Below, in pieces: positions 16,115 to 20,180 of a stretch of 20,180 nt of DNA. The stretch lies in the IMG/VR virus record IMGVR_UViG_3300044998_000260, positions 85,309-105,488 of that record. One strand, given 5' to 3'. The DNA is from a virus. Numbering within the stretch: position 1 is the first letter of the stretch; each line of letters opens with the position of its first letter. The position numbers and the translations under genes were made by a program. A model generated the notes under the pieces. The model saw nothing but the letters and a program-made list of their open reading frames with translations. It was not told where the DNA came from and did no database searches.

Positions 16115-16643
16115 ACCCAATCTCCTCGCAAATCAGTTCGATAAGAGTATCTTCACCTAACTCATCATAATAGACAAATGGGATTTCATAACGTTCTAGC
16201 AGATTGATAATTTGATTATCAATACTTACACTCTCGGTAAGAGAATGGATGCGTCCCATCATTGAGTGTGGATAATTACCATCACGACGAACAAAAACGT
16301 TCATATTATTCAGTCGTTTGTGCTGTTCCAGTACAAGATCCACAAGATGCTCAGAGGTATTTGGATTATAAATAGCCGATAACAATAACGGACTATCTAC
16401 CACAGCGACCCGTGTATTTTTGTAAGCACACTGAACACGATACAACTGATTGGCAAATACATAGATTTGATTTGCCAATGCTGTTTTATTACCCTCAAGC
16501 ACCAAGTCTTTTGGAAACTCGGCAACCAACTCGGTGTCTACATGTAGCTTCTTGAGCTTAACAAATAACGACGCGGCAGCCGTGCTCTTGCCACTTCCCG
16601 GACCCGAAAAAAAAAAAAAATTTACACATATGCGATCTATCAT
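16050..16643 (-). CDS. P-loop nucleoside/nucleotide kinase-like protein
   Basis: SGPGSGKST, ELVAEFPKD and VVDSPLLL; probable start MIDRICVN at 16643. Confidence 0.85.
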   Translation of the reverse strand: MIDRICVNFFFFSGPGSGKSTAAASLFVKLKKLHVDTELVAEFPKDLVLEGNKTALANQIYVFANQLYRVQCAYKNTRVAVVDSPLLLSAIYNPNTSEHLVDLVLEQHKRLNNMNVFVRRDGNYPHSMMGRIHSLTESVSIDNQIINLLERYEIPFVYYDELGEDTLIELICEEIGYVPTEDIRQGGLATRTVATGT

Positions 16644-16761
16644 ATCTGTTCTACCGTCCACCCTTTTAGATTTTTTGAATTGCGAGTTTGCGTTCTTTTT
16701 AAATCTGTTCTACCGTCCACCCTTTTAGATTTTTTGAATTGCGAGTTTGCGTTCTTTTTAA
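16644..16761. repeat. perfect 59-bp tandem duplication of the GIY-YIG gene 3' end
   Basis: 16644-16702 is identical to 16703-16761. Confidence 0.95.
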
Positions 16762-17460
16762 AAATGTCAGCGATTGGTATGGTATACTCATATTTCTTGC
16801 AAATTCTTTTAAATTTGAAGTTTGATAAATTTTACCTGTATTATCTGTAATTTTATAATTCTTTGATGTTTCTACTATCTTTTTTCGCGGCCTAGGACCG
16901 GAACTTTTATATTTTCTATTTATTTCTGGATCTTTTAACACCGGATCTTTTAACTTCCATCCACGATGTTCGTGTTGATCACCATTTATTACTTTGCGTA
17001 GTCTAGCTCTGCGTAAATTATGGATTCTACAAAATTCAGATAATCCAATTAAATTTGTGTATACAGTTCCATCGGGCGATATTAAATCCGGTATAGGTCT
17101 ACGCTTACATTCCATTGCTTTTGTACTGCTAATACGCAATTTTTGTAAAGTTTCCTCTGTAAATTCTCTAACATCTCCGCCTATAGTCATATTATACGAT
17201 AAATTAATAGATCTATATTTTTCAATCCACTGTTGTTCTTTTTTATTTAACTCTTCTAAACTATTAGCACTATCAATAACATTAAACTCAAATTTACTCT
17301 GACCATATTTATTCCACGAATGTTGTAAATATTCATTTACATGTATATTTTTGTTTAACGTCCAGTAGTGATATCTGCGTCGTTTTTGTGGATCTTTCTG
17401 TCTTGTTTGACCGATATATCTTCTATCAGTTATTATATTTCTTATTTCGTAAATTATCAT
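16699..17460 (-). CDS. free-standing GIY-YIG homing endonuclease
   Basis: IIYEIRN...YIGQT...R..H...LQHSWNKYG...E..WI...YN; AT-rich; SD GGAGG before ATG 17460. Confidence 0.9.
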   Translation of the reverse strand: MIIYEIRNIITDRRYIGQTRQKDPQKRRRYHYWTLNKNIHVNEYLQHSWNKYGQSKFEFNVIDSANSLEELNKKEQQWIEKYRSINLSYNMTIGGDVREFTEETLQKLRISSTKAMECKRRPIPDLISPDGTVYTNLIGLSEFCRIHNLRRARLRKVINGDQHEHRGWKLKDPVLKDPEINRKYKSSGPRPRKKIVETSKNYKITDNTGKIYQTSNLKEFARNMSIPYQSLTFLKRTQTRNSKNLKGWTVEQI

Positions 17461-17515
17461 AGCGACCTCCACCAATACCAATAATTAGTGTGGACCGCTA
17501 TAAAGATTGACACGT

Positions 17516-17695
17516 CTATTTACGCCGCATTATTGCACGATTTTCTACTCGTTTTAGTCTTGCATCGAGGTGGCGAAATTTCATTTCATAGTCTCTAACA
17601 ATTTGTTCAAGTTTACGAAGACGTTTTTCTTTTTCGGCCGACTCTCGTATTAATTGTTCTATTTGTACTTTTTCTGGATCAAGCCGCATCGTCAT
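17516..17695 (-). CDS. small coiled-coil protein (59 aa, MTMRLDPEKVQIEQLIRESAEKEKRLRKLEQ...)
   Basis: ATGA overlap with the thyX stop; heptad-like pattern; just below the ORF-track length cutoff. Confidence 0.7.
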   Translation of the reverse strand: MTMRLDPEKVQIEQLIRESAEKEKRLRKLEQIVRDYEMKFRHLDARLKRVENRAIMRRK

Positions 17696-18516
17696 ACCTT
17701 ATGATTATCAGGCACCCATTCGCTGATGCCATCAACGACAGCGTTGAGTTTGAAGTCACTAAAATAAGTTGGAGCAAGTGGTCGAACCACCGTAAACAAA
17801 ACATCAGCCAACTGACGAATTTCAGGTTCGGCATGACGATTGCTTCGTGCCTCAATGAACCAACGAAGCGCTCGATAGTTCATTGTCCAAGTGCCTCGCG
17901 TCTCTAATCCATGTGGTAGAATGTTACGAGCCTTACCACGAGCCCACTTACGCAAATCAAATCCCGTGAGATTGTTGGGATTTAACATTTCAAGATCAGC
18001 CACCTGTTCTGCATACAACTTAAATGCTCTTTCGGCTCCATCAAGGTATTCCTTGACCAAAACCACCTCAGGGATCAACTCGTCATCCGTGACTTTCTTC
18101 GCAGGCATCCATCCACGGACGGAATCACGCGCGAACTTATGCTTACGAAACAGATCAGCATAATATGGTTCAAGCACAATAGCACTATCTTCTTCTTTAG
18201 TATATCGCGTTGAACGTTGACTGATTGCAAATGGACGGTGACGATTCAATTCAAGAGAAAGACCGCGAGTGATACCTTCAATGAAAAAACTCACAGTGGC
18301 GTGTTCAAGAACTGATCCATGACCATGCTCAAGAATTGCGGTTTGATTGTCGGTATTACTGCGGCCGTGCTTTCCACTGCTATCATAGCACACTTTTGCG
18401 GCAAAACTACCCAGTTTCTCAGCATCTGTGCCGTCCTCTGGAATTTCAAATCTGTCTGTTGGGTAGAACTTAGTGTGTGCTACTATAGTAACCCTGGGCT
18501 CCAAAATGACCTTCAT
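17692..18516 (-). CDS. thyX: FAD-dependent thymidylate synthase
   Basis: HGSVLEH, RHRPFAISQRSTRY (ThyX motif), ARNILP and EIRQLA. The start MKVILEP overlaps the endonuclease stop (ATGA). Confidence 0.95.
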   Translation of the reverse strand: MKVILEPRVTIVAHTKFYPTDRFEIPEDGTDAEKLGSFAAKVCYDSSGKHGRSNTDNQTAILEHGHGSVLEHATVSFFIEGITRGLSLELNRHRPFAISQRSTRYTKEEDSAIVLEPYYADLFRKHKFARDSVRGWMPAKKVTDDELIPEVVLVKEYLDGAERAFKLYAEQVADLEMLNPNNLTGFDLRKWARGKARNILPHGLETRGTWTMNYRALRWFIEARSNRHAEPEIRQLADVLFTVVRPLAPTYFSDFKLNAVVDGISEWVPDNHKV

Positions 18517-19037
18517 GCATTCTCCCGTTTTAGTTTTAATCCTTTGTTCCACGGTATTCTACCTTTCATCTTTAGTTTTGTTTCTTCTTTAAGCGGTATG
18601 CCTTTTAAAGATTTTCTTATTTTATCTTTTGTTACTTCTGATACCTCGTGACCCTTCAATTTTTCTGATAATTCAGGCCTTTTTTTTCCTTGCCAGTATC
18701 GTGAATTATTTTTGGCTATCTTTTTTCTAGTTTGTTCTGTGTGAGATCCGGCCCCACCACCGTTATGTTTATTTAGCCATAGATCGGACTTGGAAGCTTT
18801 TAATCTGATTAAGACATTCCTCTCCCATAAAATTGCATCTCGTTTATTATCGAACACTTTTCTAACTTCCACTTCAAACGAATTCATTCCATATTCTTTA
18901 ATCAAATCATGAACTACCGTAGAGCTACTAAAATATTTAGTCCATAAATCAGAGGGACAACATCCTTTTGCAGTTCTAACTCCATAATACTTTTTACCGG
19001 TGGGTTTATGATACAAATAATATGTAAAGGGTGTCAT
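18513..19037 (-). CDS. Seg-like GIY-YIG-variant homing endonuclease with NUMOD3-type repeats
   Basis: FTYYL...KKYYGVR...YFSSS...WE...WLN; HTEQTRKKIA, SEVTKDKIRKSLKG and PWNKG; AT-rich. Confidence 0.88.
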   Translation of the reverse strand: MTPFTYYLYHKPTGKKYYGVRTAKGCCPSDLWTKYFSSSTVVHDLIKEYGMNSFEVEVRKVFDNKRDAILWERNVLIRLKASKSDLWLNKHNGGGAGSHTEQTRKKIAKNNSRYWQGKKRPELSEKLKGHEVSEVTKDKIRKSLKGIPLKEETKLKMKGRIPWNKGLKLKRENA

Positions 19038-19146
19038 ACAAAATTCCAAACAAAAAATCCCCACGTTCAATACCAAGCCTGCAAGCGAGGATATCTACTA
19101 ATGGGGATAATTTACTATGTGCTTGCAGGCATATATAAGTAGTTAG

Positions 19147-19269
19147 TTATGAGGCAAAACTACCCAGCTTCTCGGCGTCAGTTCCGTCAGATGGAATCTG
19201 GTAAACTGGGTGACCATGAAACTGGGTACTTGCGACGACGGTAATCGTAGGTTCCAAAATAACCTTCAT
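19147..19269 (-). pseudogene. thyX: truncated second thyX 5' end (40 codons)
   Basis: MKVILEPTITVVASTQFHGHPVYQIPSDGTDAEKLGSFAS* is collinear, without gaps, with MKVILEPRVTIVAHTKFYPTDRFEIPEDGTDAEKLGSFAA. Confidence 0.9.
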
Positions 19270-19332
19270 GCATTCTCCCGTTTTAGTTTTAATCCTTTGT
19301 TCCACGACCCGTTGGTTGTGGGAAACTACTTC

Positions 19333-19361
19333 AAGTTACTATATGGAGTTTGTTTTGTCAA
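19333..19361 (-). promoter_or_regulatory. promoter TTGACA-17-TAACTT for the thyX locus
   Basis: Consensus -35 and 17-bp spacer. Confidence 0.7.
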
Positions 19362-19362
19362 G

Positions 19363-20124
19363 TCAGTTCTGCGGCGGAACAATACGATAACCCATACCAC
19401 GAACACTTTGTAGCATCCCGCCGGCGGGGCCGAGACGCTTTTTTAGTCGAGCCACATGCATATCCACGGTACGTGTCTGAACATCGGGAGCGGCACCCCA
19501 TACTTTATCAAGAAGTGTTGATCGAGAAACAACTTTATTCTGATTACCAGCAAGATAAGTGAGCAACTTAGATTCCGTCTTTGACAATTGTAGCGGTTCG
19601 CCATTTAGAGTAACACTGCCTTCCTTGGGATCAATGGATAACGGACCCACATCTACGGTCAATTTCTTGGGTTGACCGCGTTCGACAGGTACCACACGTA
19701 ACTTGAATCCGTCAGGACCGGATTCAATGCTAATACTGGCATCTTTGTGTTTTTGCATGAGTGTTTTAATCATGCCAGGCAACTGACGAGCGGCGTCCTT
19801 ATGCTTGATTTCATATTCACCTTGGCCGGTCGATAAACGTTTATTAATTTTATCCGGCACAGCATTGACCCGCGAGTCGGGTCCAATCATTTGATTTGGA
19901 TTACTCGGTTCCGTGTTTGTTGCTTTCTTTGCATCGTTCGGCTGCAAGGCAACAAGTTTACCATTCTTGGTCTTGTGGGTAACTTTACCATCCTTACCCC
20001 AACGGCCAAAGCTCATATAATCCAAACCAAGCTTCTTTGCATCTTCGCTCGCCTTGCTTTCCATGCGAACGTTAACACGTCGAAGCTTCTCTCGGAGTCG
20101 TTGTCGAATTTGTTCGTTAGTCAT
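19363..20124 (-). CDS. protein with a C-terminal OmpR/PhoB-type winged-helix domain and no receiver domain
   Basis: LSKTESKLLTYL...VVSRSTLLDKVWG...TRTVDMHVARLKKRLG...SVRGMGY. The N-terminus has no receiver pattern. Confidence 0.9.
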   Translation of the reverse strand: MTNEQIRQRLREKLRRVNVRMESKASEDAKKLGLDYMSFGRWGKDGKVTHKTKNGKLVALQPNDAKKATNTEPSNPNQMIGPDSRVNAVPDKINKRLSTGQGEYEIKHKDAARQLPGMIKTLMQKHKDASISIESGPDGFKLRVVPVERGQPKKLTVDVGPLSIDPKEGSVTLNGEPLQLSKTESKLLTYLAGNQNKVVSRSTLLDKVWGAAPDVQTRTVDMHVARLKKRLGPAGGMLQSVRGMGYRIVPPQN

Positions 20125-20180
20125 GGTATTAATTCGCGTAAAATGTAACGTGACCTTGACGATATTCTACAAGGTGACGG

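Noticed and set aside
18517-19152. Group I intron in thyX
   Set aside because: Only ~110 nt of non-coding sequence with no recognisable catalytic core, and the downstream thyX is already complete.

Overview
This window looks like part of a large tailed-phage (jumbo-like) genome rather than a bacterial chromosome. It has dense minus-strand genes, many short hypothetical ORFs each with a sigma70-type promoter, an AAA ATPase, a MoxR/CobS-like ATPase paired with a HEXXH/VWA protein, a P-loop kinase, thyX, two HNH-type genes, two AT-rich GIY-YIG-type homing endonucleases and a receiver-less OmpR/PhoB-type DNA-binding protein. The 2.6-9.6 kb segment holds five short-repeat arrays with polarity switches, an AT-rich core and two GC-rich secreted-protein genes that share a duplicated 5' cassette. 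Leading candidates for something undescribed: (1) TGTTACA boxes with 11-bp period beside promoters, possibly read by the phage's own PhoB-like protein; (2) a homing endonuclease that has apparently split thyX and supplied a replacement 5' end; (3) a ~700-nt structured, apparently non-coding locus between convergent consensus promoters. All calls come from reading the sequence by eye; no database searches or folding programs were run.
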